From an uncultured Rhodospira sp. (lineage in GTDB: Bacteria; Pseudomonadota; Alphaproteobacteria; Rhodospirillales; Rhodospirillaceae), in contig NZ_CAKZOT010000028.1 of assembly GCF_937138205.1 (NCBI RefSeq), positions 1-32,000 on the forward strand: 32,000 bases of DNA. Direction: 5' to 3'. A program made the translations under genes and the position numbers. Under the pieces are notes generated by a model. It saw nothing but the letters and a program-made list of their open reading frames with translations. It did not search any database and was not told the origin of the DNA. Below, in pieces: positions 31,460 through 32,000 of the stretch (within the stretch, counting starts at the first letter, position 1; each line of letters opens with the position of its first letter).

Positions 31460-32000
31460 ATGCCGCTCGACGTCAATCCGCCGGTCGTCAACGACCTGTC
31501 CGCCTTGTGGATGCCGTTCACCGCCAACCGCCAGTTCAAGGGCGCGCCGCGCCTGCTGGTGGCGGCCGAGGGGATGCACTACACCAGCCACGACGGCCGC
31601 CAGATCCTGGACGGCACGGCCGGCCTGTGGTGCGTCAACGCCGGCCACGGCCGCCCCGAGATCGTCGAGGCCATCCGCGCCATGGCCGGCCATCTGGACT
31701 ACGCCCCGCCGTTCCAGATGGGCCACCCGCTGGCCTTTGACTTCGCCAACAGGCTGGCGCGGATCATGCCCGACGGCCTCGATCATGTGTTCTTCACCAA
31801 CTCGGGCTCCGAGGCGGTCGAAACGGCGCTGAAGATCGCCATCGCCTACCACGCCGTCCGGGGCGAGGGTGGGCGCACCCGCCTGATCGGGCGTGAGCGC
31901 GGCTATCACGGTGTGAACTTCGGCGGCATTTCGGTGGGCGGCATCGTCAACAACCGCCGCCTCTTCGGTGGCCTGCTGAGCGGCGTGGACCACCTGCCCC
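31460..32000 (+). CDS. Class-III (omega) aminotransferase, beta-alanine/omega-amino acid:pyruvate type; 3' end runs off the window
   Basis: ATG at 31460 with AGGAG 8 nt upstream. MPLDVNPPVVNDLSALWMPFTANRQFKGAPRLLVAAEGMHYTSHDGRQILDGTAGLWCVNAGHGRPEIVEAI...FFTNSGSEAVETALKIA...GRERGYHGVNFGG is the typical N-terminal half of omega-aminotransferases. It is absent from the ORF track because there is no stop in the window. Confidence 0.9.
   Translation, partial: MPLDVNPPVVNDLSALWMPFTANRQFKGAPRLLVAAEGMHYTSHDGRQILDGTAGLWCVNAGHGRPEIVEAIRAMAGHLDYAPPFQMGHPLAFDFANRLARIMPDGLDHVFFTNSGSEAVETALKIAIAYHAVRGEGGRTRLIGRERGYHGVNFGGISVGGIVNNRRLFGGLLSGVDHLP

Noticed and set aside
29725-31740. Long ORFs 29725-30801 (-), 30174-31025 (-) and 30547-31740 (+)
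   Set aside because: They are extremely Arg/Pro/Gly-rich. They overlap the better-supported small genes (the 110-aa ORF, DUF1127, the 105-aa membrane ORF) and the aminotransferase start. No RBS or motif supports them.
1-32000. tRNA, rRNA, tmRNA, RNase P or SRP RNA genes
   Set aside because: I scanned by eye for the T-loop GGTTCGAATCC and other conserved cores. The only TTCGAA-type hits lie inside well-supported CDSs. None can be supported without a covariance-model scan.

Overview
GC-rich, alphaproteobacterial-type chromosomal window; lexA is preceded by GAAC-N7-GAAC SOS boxes. Housekeeping-like genes sit at both ends. On the left are a Fic protein and a HAD pyrimidine 5'-nucleotidase. On the right are a GT2 glycosyltransferase, lexA, a DUF2336 protein, a PAS-LuxR regulator, a DUF1127 protein and a class-III aminotransferase. 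They flank a ~21 kb accessory segment (about 2.2-23.9 kb) bounded by two decayed transposase genes, one IS110-type and one IS66-like. The segment holds two modules. (i) A translationally coupled pair: a 2TM/TrkA-N/RyR-domain membrane protein and a patatin-like phospholipase. (ii) A tightly packed six-gene minus-strand operon in which every product has an export signal: OmpA-like, caspase-like/EF-hand/DUF4384, trypsin-caspase fusion, serpin, SH3 lipoprotein and WD40-caspase. This operon is divergent from a ~1750-aa DUF4062(TIR-like)-STAND NTPase with one predicted TM helix and a ~1000-aa tail predicted to lie outside the cytoplasm. Module (ii) is my best candidate for an undescribed system, namely a serpin-controlled periplasmic protease set coupled to a transmembrane STAND/TIR-like protein. 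Module (i) is a second candidate sensor-effector pair. All domain calls come from motifs read by eye in the translations. No database search was run. Many long ORFs in the track are antisense shadow ORFs typical of high-GC DNA and were rejected.
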